DNA of 61,457 nt, the filler included. It is 6 parts of 6 records of this genome, joined end to end, with 100 filler letters (N's around TTAATTAATTAA, not from the genome) between each part and the next. Parts side by side here need not be neighbours in the genome. Positions count along the whole stretch, not along the records: positions 22,017 to 45,924 come from SRR31156797_29419; positions 46,025 to 54,989 come from SRR31156797_29433; 4 more parts are not named here. One strand, 5' to 3'. Positions 37,812 through 47,690 of the stretch are shown here, piece by piece. The number at the start of each line of letters is the position of its first letter. The first letter of the stretch is position 1. The notes beneath the pieces were generated by a model, which saw nothing but the letters and a program-made list of their open reading frames with translations, made no database searches and had not been told where the DNA came from. A program made the position numbers and the translations under genes.

Positions 37812-38558
37812 ATGAAATATCAGGCGATTTGGATCGTTGTAGCTTTTTCAATAATGGTTCCATATTTTGCAAAAGACAGTGTTGCTGAGAACTACCGTGT
37901 TATGCGCTATATCGAATCTTTTCCGCCATACTATTTCCCGTCGGGCAGTCCTCAGACGGGCATTGTAAAAGATATTTTTGCTGCACTTTCTAAGGAAACC
38001 GGAGATACATTTGAGTTTGTTCGGCTTCCATATAAGCGTGCCTTATACCAGTTTGTGACAGGCAAAGTTGATATAGAACCCATGGCCAATCCTGCATGGA
38101 GGAGTCATTCTTCTTTGCCGGGACATTACAGCATACCATTTGGTGTATCAGAGCAGATTGTTTTGTTTAACGCTAAATATGCACAACCAGACCTTTTGCC
38201 GCAAGGTTTGGTGGGTAAGACGGTAGGAACTGTTACGGGCTACACATATCCTGTATTCGGTCCATATTTTGCGGATGGACGGATAAAGGAATATCGACTC
38301 AAAAGTGAAAATAAGCTTATCCAGATGCTGATCGCTGATCGTTTGCATCAGGCAATTATGAATAAAGATTTTGCTCTATATAGAATTAAGACTGAGCAAC
38401 TTAAAGATCAATTGATCGTAAGTAGGCCGTGTAATTCAGTTCCTATGATGATTCGTGTTCACCCCAGCAGGAGAGACGCACTCCCCAAGTTCAATGCAGC
38501 TATCAAGAAGCTTTTGGATGATGGCACTATCGGAAGAATATATGGGCGATATCGGTAG
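37812..38558 (+). CDS. Orphan family 3 periplasmic substrate-binding protein
   Basis: FPPYYF, GIVKDI, LPYKRA, GTVTGYTY, DGTIGRIY; start at ATG 37812. Confidence 0.85.
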   Translation: MKYQAIWIVVAFSIMVPYFAKDSVAENYRVMRYIESFPPYYFPSGSPQTGIVKDIFAALSKETGDTFEFVRLPYKRALYQFVTGKVDIEPMANPAWRSHSSLPGHYSIPFGVSEQIVLFNAKYAQPDLLPQGLVGKTVGTVTGYTYPVFGPYFADGRIKEYRLKSENKLIQMLIADRLHQAIMNKDFALYRIKTEQLKDQLIVSRPCNSVPMMIRVHPSRRDALPKFNAAIKKLLDDGTIGRIYGRYR

Positions 38559-38563
38559 GGCTA

Positions 38564-38836
38564 TTACTTTTCTATCCAGCCCCGAGTCCTCATGCATTTA
38601 TCAAATTCTTTGGTTCTGCTGTAATTAGCAGAAAATATGGCTCTGTTAGTTGTATTGGTTCGCGAGCGGTCTTGATTTCCGATTTGAAGCTTTTCAGTTG
38701 TCCTCTTTTCACATTCTTTTCTATCTTTTTTGAATTCTGCTTTAGCGACAGCCGGATCAGGGTAGTTGTCGTTATGCCAAGAGGAGCAACCTCCTAGAAT
38801 TATTAGTAGTGCTGTAAGGGTGGCAATTTTTTTCAT
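38564..38836 (-). CDS. Small hypothetical lipoprotein
   Basis: MKK...LGGC lipobox; DRKEC...FDKCMRTRGW. Confidence 0.8.
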   Translation of the reverse strand: MKKIATLTALLIILGGCSSWHNDNYPDPAVAKAEFKKDRKECEKRTTEKLQIGNQDRSRTNTTNRAIFSANYSRTKEFDKCMRTRGWIEK

Positions 38837-38865
38837 ATTAAATCTCCGTTAGAATAGTAGGCAGA

Positions 38866-39495
38866 TTAGTTACCGGAAGGAGTAAAGCGTTTTGTTAGAA
38901 AATTGCTGAGACCCTGATTTACGCCCTGACCGCATTTAGCAAAGGGGCAGCCAAGTTCGTAAGGAACTTCGATTGGGTCAGGAGAGCCGGAGTATATAAC
39001 TGTCTCTGTTTGTCCTTTGCTTTCTTTCACAAGCAATTCCACAACCAGAAAACATGTGTTCGGTCCGCTCTTAGCGCGTTCAATTTGGGGGGACCAAGTA
39101 TTCACGACCACAGGATATCTACGAAATGAAGGCCCATAGGACAGAGAGTCGCTAAACCCGACTTGTTGCTGTGCGCCATGAGCGGCTACTTTTGGGGAAA
39201 TTGAACCCACACGTGCTTCAATCAGGTAATCAACTTCACCGTTAGGCTGATATTTATAGCCCATCCCGGCTAATGTTTGAATCATGTTTTGCGCAATAGG
39301 AAGCGATCCGGTTTCGACCCGTTCCGGGCTGCCGCTTTTTTTCAACTGGAAGAGAACTACACGCACATTAAACGATCCAAGAGCAGGATTGAAAGCAGAT
39401 AAAGGTGTTGGTGGGGTAATGCTACGAGTTGAGCATCCGCCCATGCAGAGGATAGAAAATATTACAATTGAAATGAGAAGCAGCTTTTTACACAT
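38866..39495 (-). CDS. Hypothetical lipoprotein (DUF4136-like)
   Basis: Start moved to MCKKLL (39495), giving a lipoprotein signal ending MGGC; QTLAGMGYKY...VDYLI pattern. Confidence 0.7.
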   Translation of the reverse strand: MCKKLLLISIVIFSILCMGGCSTRSITPPTPLSAFNPALGSFNVRVVLFQLKKSGSPERVETGSLPIAQNMIQTLAGMGYKYQPNGEVDYLIEARVGSISPKVAAHGAQQQVGFSDSLSYGPSFRRYPVVVNTWSPQIERAKSGPNTCFLVVELLVKESKGQTETVIYSGSPDPIEVPYELGCPFAKCGQGVNQGLSNFLTKRFTPSGN

Positions 39496-39580
39496 AATGA
39501 TCCTATGGAGATTGGGTTTTAATTGGAAAGATCCCTTTATGGGGTCTGTTATTAAGGCAAATTTGTCAATGGGAACTTTA

Positions 39581-41485
39581 TTACGGGCAAAGACCATCTG
39601 CGCGTGCTGCCTTGATTAACTTGCAATTGTCCATTTTACAGGCCCGGTGGGCGTCCTTGCAGCCTAGCTCCTTTTGGCCTGATAGAAGATAGCTCAAACC
39701 ACGGCGATGGTAAGCGTCTACATAGTCGGGATTAATTTCAATTGCTCTGTTAAAATCTTGAATTGCTTTTTGATACTGATCGAGATTGGAGTAAGCTATT
39801 CCCCGGTTATAGAAAGCCTTTGTGTATTCAGGGTTGATTTCAATAGCCTGACTGTACCCTTCAATTGCACGTTGGTACTGTCCTAGTACAGCATATACAT
39901 GGCCACGATTATGATGCGCCTTTGCATAGTCAGGGTCCAGCATGATGGCTTTAGTAAAATTGTCTATCGCCTTTTGATATAAACCCATATTGAAGTGGAC
40001 TAGACCTAGATTATAATAAGCGTGAGTGTACTTGGGATCAATTTCAAGAATGCGATGATAATCATCCAAGGCTTTTCGGTACTCCCCGATATTAAGATAT
40101 ACACTACCGCGGTTGCTATAGGCGACGGTATCTTTAGGATTAATTTCTAAAGCCCGGTTGTAATCATCTATTGCGCGCTGCGGTTGGCCTAGATAATCAT
40201 ATTCAAGGCCGCGATTGGTAAAAGACTTATAATCGTTTGGATCAAGCTGAATGGCTCGGTTATAGTCAGCAATGGCTTGTTCATGCTGTCGGATATCTGA
40301 ATAAACTTTTGCCCGATTATAGTACGCGTTACGATTTTCAGGGTTCAATTTGATAGATTTGTCGTAGTTCTCGATGGCTTGTTGATGTTGTCCTATTCTG
40401 GCATAAATCAGCCCGCGATTTGTATATGATTCGGGATCATCTGGATCAAGCTTTATAGCACTATTTAAGTCTTTTAGCCCCATGTCTAATTGCCCAAGGC
40501 TGACATAGTTGGTGCCTCGGTTATAATACGCTGCAGCATAGTCAGGATCGAGTTCAATTGCCCGGCTGAGATCTTCAGCAGCACGCTGGAACTGTTTCAG
40601 TCCATTATATGCAACTCCACGATTTGTGTATGCTACGGGATTTTCGGGGTCCAGTTCAATAGCCTGACTGAAATACGCAATAGCAACATACGGATTGGAA
40701 TATTTGCCATCTTCCCATAACGCTGAGGCTTTTAAAATCCAACCCTCAGCCTCCAATGCCTTTCCTGCCTTGGCAAAATCCTGCTTTATGGTTTGTTCTT
40801 CTTCTGGGTGTTTCCTTAGTTTGCTGTTTGTCTTTTTCAGCTCTTCAATCCTTGCCAGCAGGCTTTGGTTTTGTTCCTGAACTTTTTCGTACTTTTTTAA
40901 AAGTTCACGGTCAGAAAGTACTTTCTTAACCCGCTCATCAAGGACGGAAGGATCAACCACGATTTTTACTACCGCTTCCATGCAGAAGACATTGCCGTCC
41001 ATAAATTGCCGTTCGCTGATTACTTCGGTCTTAAGCACTCCAACAGCCAGTGCCATAATTTCATTCTGTGCAAGACGTCCTTCCTTAACCAAAGTCATGG
41101 TTTCAAGGTAGGTTCCGGCTTCTTCCAGAGCATCACGTTTGGCCCGGGCGACAGCAAATTTTCGTGCTTCATCTGGTGAAATCTGTCCCGTTACATGCTG
41201 GCGCACGGTCTTTTCTACGACGGATTTAGTGCTGCTGAGATATACTGGTTCGTTAGCCTTTTGAGTCTTTGATTCAACTGCTGTGCCAGCTGCTGTTTGG
41301 GGTTGTTCACTGACGTCCGAGGATTCGTGACTTGTGTCTAGAGCCTTTTGTTGTGCGCCAGGGGGGGCAACCTGTTTTATTGTGGATGGTTTATTTTTTT
41401 CAGTCTGATGCTGGGCAGCACATCCCAAGAATAAAGATAGGACAAATATCAATAGCACCGATCGCAACATTAATTTCATGGTCAC
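39581..41485 (-). CDS. TPR-repeat lipoprotein
   Basis: FLGC lipobox; about ten 34-aa repeats AYxNRGxxYxxLGQYxxAIxDYxRAIELxP. Confidence 0.93.
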   Translation of the reverse strand: MTMKLMLRSVLLIFVLSLFLGCAAQHQTEKNKPSTIKQVAPPGAQQKALDTSHESSDVSEQPQTAAGTAVESKTQKANEPVYLSSTKSVVEKTVRQHVTGQISPDEARKFAVARAKRDALEEAGTYLETMTLVKEGRLAQNEIMALAVGVLKTEVISERQFMDGNVFCMEAVVKIVVDPSVLDERVKKVLSDRELLKKYEKVQEQNQSLLARIEELKKTNSKLRKHPEEEQTIKQDFAKAGKALEAEGWILKASALWEDGKYSNPYVAIAYFSQAIELDPENPVAYTNRGVAYNGLKQFQRAAEDLSRAIELDPDYAAAYYNRGTNYVSLGQLDMGLKDLNSAIKLDPDDPESYTNRGLIYARIGQHQQAIENYDKSIKLNPENRNAYYNRAKVYSDIRQHEQAIADYNRAIQLDPNDYKSFTNRGLEYDYLGQPQRAIDDYNRALEINPKDTVAYSNRGSVYLNIGEYRKALDDYHRILEIDPKYTHAYYNLGLVHFNMGLYQKAIDNFTKAIMLDPDYAKAHHNRGHVYAVLGQYQRAIEGYSQAIEINPEYTKAFYNRGIAYSNLDQYQKAIQDFNRAIEINPDYVDAYHRRGLSYLLSGQKELGCKDAHRACKMDNCKLIKAARADGLCP

Positions 41486-41583
41486 ATCCTCCGGTAATCC
41501 GCCGTATAAATAATACTCGCTATTCTAATAATAGATAAGTGTAGGACAAATGGCAAAATGAAACTAAAAAATAGGCTTGTTTG

Positions 41584-43416
41584 TTACAGATAAATCATTG
41601 GCAGAACAATTGATAATGTAATCCACATGATGATCACCAGCGGGGTGCCAACCTTTAAGAAATCCGAAAATGAATATTCACCCGCGTTCATTACCAATAG
41701 ATTGGTCTTGTAGGCCATGGGAGTGGCAAAGCTCATGTTGGCCCCGAACAGGACCGCCAATACGAACGGTTCAGGTTGTAAATTTAACTGCTGGGCAATG
41801 GACAGGGCTATGGGAGTGCCGATTACTGCTGTTGCATTATTGGAAATAATATTGGTGAAAACGGCCATCAGCAACATAAGTCCACTGATGATCAAGGCTG
41901 CCGGAGCTTCTCCATTTAATGACACGAATAATTTGCCCAGAAAGTCTGCGCCGCCGGTTATAAGCATGGCCTTGCCGAGGGCCAGACTGGTCACGACAAT
42001 CAGAATTACCTGCACGTTCAGTGCTCTTGTGGCGTCTCTCCAGGTTATGCATCCGGTCAGGATCATGAAAAGTGCTCCGCACGGTGCACTTATGGCTATG
42101 GGCAGTATTCCGAAAGCGGCGGTCAGTATTATTCCCAGCATGATGCTCATTGCAAGGTGGGCTTTCTGGGAATACGGAAGATCCATAGTGGAATCCAGAA
42201 CCAGTACTTTCGTATTCTTTTTGAGTTCTGATATTTTTTGCCTTGGTCCCTGAATCAACAGAATGTCGCCCAGTTCCAGCTTTATATCACTGATCTTGTC
42301 CAGATAGCGTTTGAGCTTTTTGCCGGAGCGGTGAATGGCCAGTGGCGTCATTCCGGTACGCTCTGCAAAATGATATTTTTTCAATGTCGTCCCGTTCAAC
42401 GGTGAACCTTGATAGATTACGATTTCTGCAATCTGCTGGTCAGACGCTTCAAAGGGGTGCTCGGCATCAAAGGGAACGACTGATCCTACAGGATACAACG
42501 TGCCGTGCAGGATTTTTTCAAACTCTTTCAGTTGGTCCGGGGTATCATTAATGACCAGATGATCCCCGGACTGTAGGATGGCCCCCGGATGCAGGTAAAT
42601 CGGTTTTCCCTCGCCACGTTCAATGGCGGAGACCACCATGGCGTTGTCGGTCAGTTTAAATACTTTTGAAAGGGGACTTCCTTCCAGAGGGCTGCCTTCA
42701 GTAACCTCCAAGTGGGCGGTAAACATGCGCGGAGAACTGTCAGTCAGGGTGATCTCTATTTGTGGGATGATGCGCGGTGCGATCAACCAAAGATATAAAA
42801 TTCCGATGCTTCCGGCGATGATTGCCGGTAATACGAAATCAAACATTTCTATGCGTTTAAGTCCCATATCCGCCGCGACCGAAACAACGAGCAGGTTGGT
42901 CGAGGTCCCGATGGTAGTGGCTGTTCCGCCAAGCAGGGTGGAAAAGCCCATAGGCATGAGTACTGATGATGCCGGAGCACCAGTTTTCAAGGATACACTT
43001 ATGAGTACCGGCAACAGTAGAACCACTACGGGAACATTGTTGATAAAGGCGCTGATGAATGCCCCTATCAGTAGAGTCAGTAAAAATGAAATGGAAGGGC
43101 TTTTCTTCCAAGCCCGGGCCAGCAGGCGACCCATTGGGTCCAGCGATCCTGTGCGCAAAATTCCCTGTCCGGCAATCATGAGCGCGCATACCGCAATCAG
43201 GGCTTCATTACCGAAGCCGTAAAAGAAATTGACGGCGTCGAAGGTTTCCCCTTCCAATTTATAAGGGAAAAATTGAAATCCAACGGTCAGGATTAAAAAA
43301 ATGAGCAGACTTGATGTTTCAAGCGGAATTTTCTTTTTGCTGAACAGCAGTAATGCAACAGCCGTCAAGGCCAGAACAGCCAGCGCGTGAAGGTTTGGGA
43401 GTGGAGGTAAGGTCAT
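41584..43416 (-). CDS. SLC13/DASS permease with two TrkA-C domains (candidate anion transporter)
   Basis: SAFINNVP, TTIGTSTNL, TNIISNNAT, FATPMAYKTN. Confidence 0.9.
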   Translation of the reverse strand: MTLPPLPNLHALAVLALTAVALLLFSKKKIPLETSSLLIFLILTVGFQFFPYKLEGETFDAVNFFYGFGNEALIAVCALMIAGQGILRTGSLDPMGRLLARAWKKSPSISFLLTLLIGAFISAFINNVPVVVLLLPVLISVSLKTGAPASSVLMPMGFSTLLGGTATTIGTSTNLLVVSVAADMGLKRIEMFDFVLPAIIAGSIGILYLWLIAPRIIPQIEITLTDSSPRMFTAHLEVTEGSPLEGSPLSKVFKLTDNAMVVSAIERGEGKPIYLHPGAILQSGDHLVINDTPDQLKEFEKILHGTLYPVGSVVPFDAEHPFEASDQQIAEIVIYQGSPLNGTTLKKYHFAERTGMTPLAIHRSGKKLKRYLDKISDIKLELGDILLIQGPRQKISELKKNTKVLVLDSTMDLPYSQKAHLAMSIMLGIILTAAFGILPIAISAPCGALFMILTGCITWRDATRALNVQVILIVVTSLALGKAMLITGGADFLGKLFVSLNGEAPAALIISGLMLLMAVFTNIISNNATAVIGTPIALSIAQQLNLQPEPFVLAVLFGANMSFATPMAYKTNLLVMNAGEYSFSDFLKVGTPLVIIMWITLSIVLPMIYL

Positions 43417-43520
43417 GGAAATTCTCCATTAGCAGGATGAATATGGTTCACATGGTTATATTATAGTAATGGAAAATTGTGGGGGTGGATAGGGGGAGGG
43501 GAAATGGGTATGCGGAATAG

Positions 43521-44270
43521 CACATCCGATTTTTCTTTTAAAATTGAAAGCACATGGGCTTGAATGGATCTGTCCAGAGATGCCGCCGGTTCATCCGCAA
43601 TAATCAGTGACGGGTTCAAACATAGTGTCCGCGCAATGGCGTGCGTTGACGCTGTCCCCCGGAAAGCTCGTGCGGATATCGGCTGAGAAGGTCAGATGTC
43701 AGCTTGCCTGTTCCAAGGGAGCTTTGAAGCAGTTTCTCGCGGTTTTCATTTAGTTGTTTTTCCTGAATCAGATTCTCCAACCACGGCCAGACATTTTCTT
43801 TTATCCAGAGAGAAAGAGATATATTCCAGTGCCATAATTCTGATCTTGCGTATTAGGTCTGTGGTGAAAATCTTATCAATTCCTTCTGCTTGCAGTTCTT
43901 GTCTATTCATGCGGAGCAACCGTAAGCATGGGAAGTCCTTTGCTCATTATGGTTCCCCATTCCGGAGCGGGAGGCTGAATTCTCAGTCCCAGAAAGCCCA
44001 GCCGGGCTTGAATGTGTTGGCAGAGAAGTCGTCTGCGTTCAGGTTGAAATCCGGGTCCGGGACAAAGAGAAGGCCGCGGCTTACGATAGTCATTCCAAAG
44101 TCGCCTGAATCACGCATTTTCTTAGCAAGATCGACCTGAACAACCACCAGTTCAACTTTGATACCAAGCTTTTTGAGCTGGCTTTAGATCACTTCAGCTG
44201 TTGGGGGCAGGGTCGCTCTTTCCGGGTAGGTTACCAGCTTGAAGGCAAAATGACATAGTTCATTACTCAT
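43521..44270 (-). pseudogene. Collapsed Nik/Dpp-type ABC transporter operon remnant
   Basis: Fragments in order: binding protein (TAEVI*SQLKKLGIKVEL), permease C (FLGLRIQPPAPEWG), ATPase N-terminus (VVGESDSGKTTK*), ATPase C-terminus (RYPHELSGGQRQR, frameshift, AIART..IIADEPAASLD). Confidence 0.85.
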
Positions 44271-44387
44271 TGCCCTTACGATAAATAAAATCTACATTCA
44301 CCACATTCAGTGCGAGTTGAGTTCTGGCTCGGTAGAATGATTAAGAAAAGGCGATAATGTGAATAATAAAGAAAAAAAGGTGTTCTT

Positions 44388-45419
44388 ATGAGTATTTTTA
44401 AAAGACTTAATAAACTTGTTCCGACTAGTGGCAAGGTGTTGGCTTTCTTTATTCCCTTGTTACTGTGGGGATTTTGGTGGGCCTATTCGGGCCTTGGTTA
44501 TATGTTTTCTGTTACTCAGTGGCCTGAAATATCCTCCTCTGTTCGTTCGGAGATTGTAGCAGTTAAGGCTGATCCTGCTTTTAATAATCCAAATGCTTCT
44601 GAGTCGAACAAGAAAAAGCTTGAAACTTTGAAGGGCAGGGTACTTGCGTTGGCAATTGTGTCCCGCTTGGAGACCGAGCTGGCTGATGGGTGGACCCCTC
44701 AGTATCTGTTTGTGAATCCAAAATCTCATTTCGATAATGCGGTCAATCGCAAGCTTGGAGTTCTTACTGCGACAACTCTTTTGCAGAAGTTTTTCTCCAC
44801 TACCATGGCAAAGTATGGCTCTATGGACCCTGAAAATAAGTGGATGCAAGAAGCTCGTGAGCGAGATTTTACTTATGGTCCTCGGATATGGGGTTTCTTC
44901 GAGAGGTCTTCTAATTCAGCGTATGAAGATGGCGTGGCTAACGTTCACAAATATGCTGATAAGCTGATTGGTATGAAGGTGACCAACAAGAAAAAGGACG
45001 ATGCTCGTGCTATTGTCAATATTAAGGCCAGTGAGATCTATGATATGTTGTCCTTCATCCTTTCCAAAGACTTTATTGACGTTCCACTAGGTTGGCTCTC
45101 CGCACCTGGAGGGACTCTGACGTGGGCTGAGCTGGATGATCGCGTGTACTTCGCACAAGGCATGACGTTGGTTCTGCGTGATGTAATTACTGTGTTGAAA
45201 GAACTGTATCCTGAGAAAATCACTAATGTGGACAAGGGTGGAACTCAGAACCTTGAAGAGGCTATGGTGGCCATGAACAAGATCTGCACCTTCAGTCCTG
45301 CGGTTGTCTTGCGAGGCAAAGAAGATTCCATGTTCGCTGACCACCGAGGAAAGATGGCTCGCTATATGTTCACAGTGAGAGAACGACTGCTCGACGTGGC
45401 GGAAACTATCCGAAGATAA
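44388..45419 (+). CDS. DUF2333 family protein
   Basis: N-terminal TM; GWTP, FDNAVN..LGV, LDDRVYFAQG, SMFADHR..MARY. Confidence 0.75.
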   Translation: MSIFKRLNKLVPTSGKVLAFFIPLLLWGFWWAYSGLGYMFSVTQWPEISSSVRSEIVAVKADPAFNNPNASESNKKKLETLKGRVLALAIVSRLETELADGWTPQYLFVNPKSHFDNAVNRKLGVLTATTLLQKFFSTTMAKYGSMDPENKWMQEARERDFTYGPRIWGFFERSSNSAYEDGVANVHKYADKLIGMKVTNKKKDDARAIVNIKASEIYDMLSFILSKDFIDVPLGWLSAPGGTLTWAELDDRVYFAQGMTLVLRDVITVLKELYPEKITNVDKGGTQNLEEAMVAMNKICTFSPAVVLRGKEDSMFADHRGKMARYMFTVRERLLDVAETIRR

Positions 45420-45448
45420 AGAACGTATTCGTCCTAGAATATTATTTA

Positions 45449-45489
45449 AATAAAGGGTTTACATTAAAATATAATGTAAGCCCTTTATT
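45449..45489. terminator. 18-bp inverted repeat downstream of DUF2333
   Basis: AATAAAGGGTTTACATTA-N5-TAATGTAAGCCCTTTATT with one G-T pair. Confidence 0.65.
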
Positions 45490-45499
45490 GTTTCCCCGT

Positions 45500-45900
45500 T
45501 TGGACTTTTTGGTCCATGAGGTCAGTCCTTTGTGTTTTTCACCCATTGTATATCTAGAAAGATCAGTAAATTTGTCTGCTATTTCTTTGGAAATATTCAT
45601 TTTGTCTACATGGATTCTTTTATTCCTGTTTAAGCTGCTCATTAATCTTTAATTGCTTTTCCAGTTCCTCAAATAAAGGATTAACTTTTCTTTCCGCTTT
45701 GACGGATTGACTGTTAGCAGCCTTTAGCCGTTCATTTAGCTGCTCAATAGTTTATTAATTTCGGCTTTTAAAGTCTTTTTGCGGCTTCAGGGGTTCATAA
45801 TCTTCTGGACAAGAGTTGAGTTAATCTTTCCAATTTGTTTTGCAAATCCCGGCAACTTTGCAGGTAGTGAGTAAGCTCATCCGTACTCACACAGAACCAC
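45500..45900 (-). pseudogene. Degraded coiled-coil protein remnant
   Basis: Interrupted frames such as EINKTIEQLNERLKAANSQSVKAERKVNPLFEELEKQLKINEQLKQE*. Confidence 0.35.
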
Positions 45901-45924
45901 GGATGTCAACGGGGTTAAGCGAAC

Positions 45925-46024
45925 NNNNNNNNNNNNNNNNNNNNNNNNNNNNNNNNNNNNNNNNNNNNTTAATTAATTAANNNNNNNNNNNNNNNNNNNN
46001 NNNNNNNNNNNNNNNNNNNNNNNN
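45925..46024. other. Artificial contig spacer
   Basis: N44-TTAATTAATTAA-N44. Confidence 0.99.
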
Positions 46025-46026
46025 GG

Positions 46027-46758
46027 ATGGAAAGATCACTCCTCGACAGAATAGTTATCGTGCTCTGCCGTCCCGAAGGCAGCATGAACATAGGCGCCGT
46101 ATGCAGGGCCATGGAGAACATGGGCCTCTCCCGCCTGGCCCTGGTGGGGGACCTCAGCGGCATTGACGACGAGAAGGTCCGCATGATGGCCATTCACGCT
46201 TTACCCATTTACCGGGAGGCCCGCCGCTACGAGCGTCTCGAGGATGCAGTGGGAAGCACCGTCTTAGCCGCGGGGATTACCCGGAGGCGGGGAAAAAACC
46301 GAAAGAGGGTGTCCTGGCTGCCCGAAGAGTTCGCCCGGCGGGCGGCGGAGACGGCGGAAGGGGATGTCTCCCTGGTATTCGGCAATGAACAGAACGGCCT
46401 GAACGATGAGGAACTGGCCGCCTGCAGCGAGGCCTGCCATATCCCCAGCCATCCGGAGAACCCTTCCCTGAACCTGTCGCACGCAGTACAGATAATGGCC
46501 TACTCCCTTTACAGAGAGGCGGCGGGGGAACGGGTCGGACGCTGTTCTCCGGTTCCCCTGGACAGGATAAACAGCCTGACCGAAACCGTCGACGCCGGGC
46601 TGAAGGCGGCTGGGTACTATGACAAGCCAGACCGTTTCCGCACCAGCCAGTTCTTTCGCGATATCTTCGCCAGGGCCCGTCTTACCAAGCGCGAGGCAGA
46701 CCATCTCGAAAAGGTCTTCCAGAGATTCCGCATCCGCCTCGGGGAGAGCAAGGAGTGA
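46027..46758 (+). CDS. SPOUT RNA methyltransferase, TrmJ/LasT family
   Basis: NIGAVCRAMENMG, LVFGNEQNGL, SLNLSHAV. Confidence 0.9.
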   Translation: MERSLLDRIVIVLCRPEGSMNIGAVCRAMENMGLSRLALVGDLSGIDDEKVRMMAIHALPIYREARRYERLEDAVGSTVLAAGITRRRGKNRKRVSWLPEEFARRAAETAEGDVSLVFGNEQNGLNDEELAACSEACHIPSHPENPSLNLSHAVQIMAYSLYREAAGERVGRCSPVPLDRINSLTETVDAGLKAAGYYDKPDRFRTSQFFRDIFARARLTKREADHLEKVFQRFRIRLGESKE

Positions 46759-47690
46759 GGAGGGACGGAAAGGCCCTTCTCTGCGCCCTGACGGCGGTGC
46801 TCCTCTGGTCTACCGTAGCCTCTGCCTTCAAGATCGCCCTGAGGCATCTCAGTCCCCTGGACATGCTGATCCTCGCCTGCCTCTGGTCGACCCTGGCCCT
46901 GGGAGCCGTTCTTCTTAAGACGGAGCCTTCCGCGTTCCGGATCACCCCAGGACAGTGGGGGTACTATCTATTAGGGGCGGTGCTCAATCCCGCGGCCTAC
47001 TATCTGGTTCTCTTCGAGAGCTACGACCTTCTTCCGGCCCAGGTAGCCCAGCCCCTGAACTATACCTGGCCCCTTATGCTGGTGATCCTGTCGATCCCCC
47101 TTCTGGGAAAGAAGCCCCGGGCCATGGATATGTTTTCCCTCCTGATCTGCTTCGGGGGAGTGATCCTGATCAGCCGCGGCGGGAACGGCGAAGGGAGCGG
47201 CGCTTATGACCGCAGGGGAATGGGACTGGCCCTGCTCAGCGCCGTCCTCTGGGCGGGATCATGGCTGAGCGCCCAGAGGAGGAAGGAACGGGAGGAGAAG
47301 CGTCTGTTCTGGAACTTCCTGCTGGCCCTTCCCCCGCTCCTGCTGCTGAAGCCCTTCGTCTCTCCGGGCCTTCCCGCATGGAGTCCGGCGGCCCTGCTTT
47401 CCACAATCTGGATAGGTCTGTTCGAGATGGGAATCACCTTTCTGTTCTGGGGCTACGCCCTGAAGCTGAGCTCCCATCCCGCAAGGATAGGCTCCCTTGC
47501 CTACCTCTCCCCCTTCCTCTCCCTTATATGGATATCCCTGATCCTTCAGGAAAGGATTGCTACCGCGACCATCGCCGGACTGGCGGTTATCGTGGGGGGA
47601 ATCCTGCTGAAGGGGATCAGAAGATCCGGAAACGACTCGGGCCGCCGTTCCGGGGGAAAGATCAGCTCTCGGAAGGAAGAAGCGCCTTGA
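46755..47690 (+). CDS. DMT/EamA family transporter
   Basis: LLWSTVASAFK, QVAQPLNYTWP, FEMGITF; about 10 TM. Confidence 0.92.
   Translation: MRRDGKALLCALTAVLLWSTVASAFKIALRHLSPLDMLILACLWSTLALGAVLLKTEPSAFRITPGQWGYYLLGAVLNPAAYYLVLFESYDLLPAQVAQPLNYTWPLMLVILSIPLLGKKPRAMDMFSLLICFGGVILISRGGNGEGSGAYDRRGMGLALLSAVLWAGSWLSAQRRKEREEKRLFWNFLLALPPLLLLKPFVSPGLPAWSPAALLSTIWIGLFEMGITFLFWGYALKLSSHPARIGSLAYLSPFLSLIWISLILQERIATATIAGLAVIVGGILLKGIRRSGNDSGRRSGGKISSRKEEAP

Noticed and set aside
39690-40700. Roughly 102-bp DNA periodicity
   Set aside because: Explained by TPR repeats in the protein.
43696-44139. 147-aa + strand ORF
   Set aside because: Lies antisense to the recognisable ABC pseudogene fragments.
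45442-45642. 66-aa minus strand ORF
   Set aside because: Runs through the inverted repeat and has no recognisable features; probably part of the decayed region.
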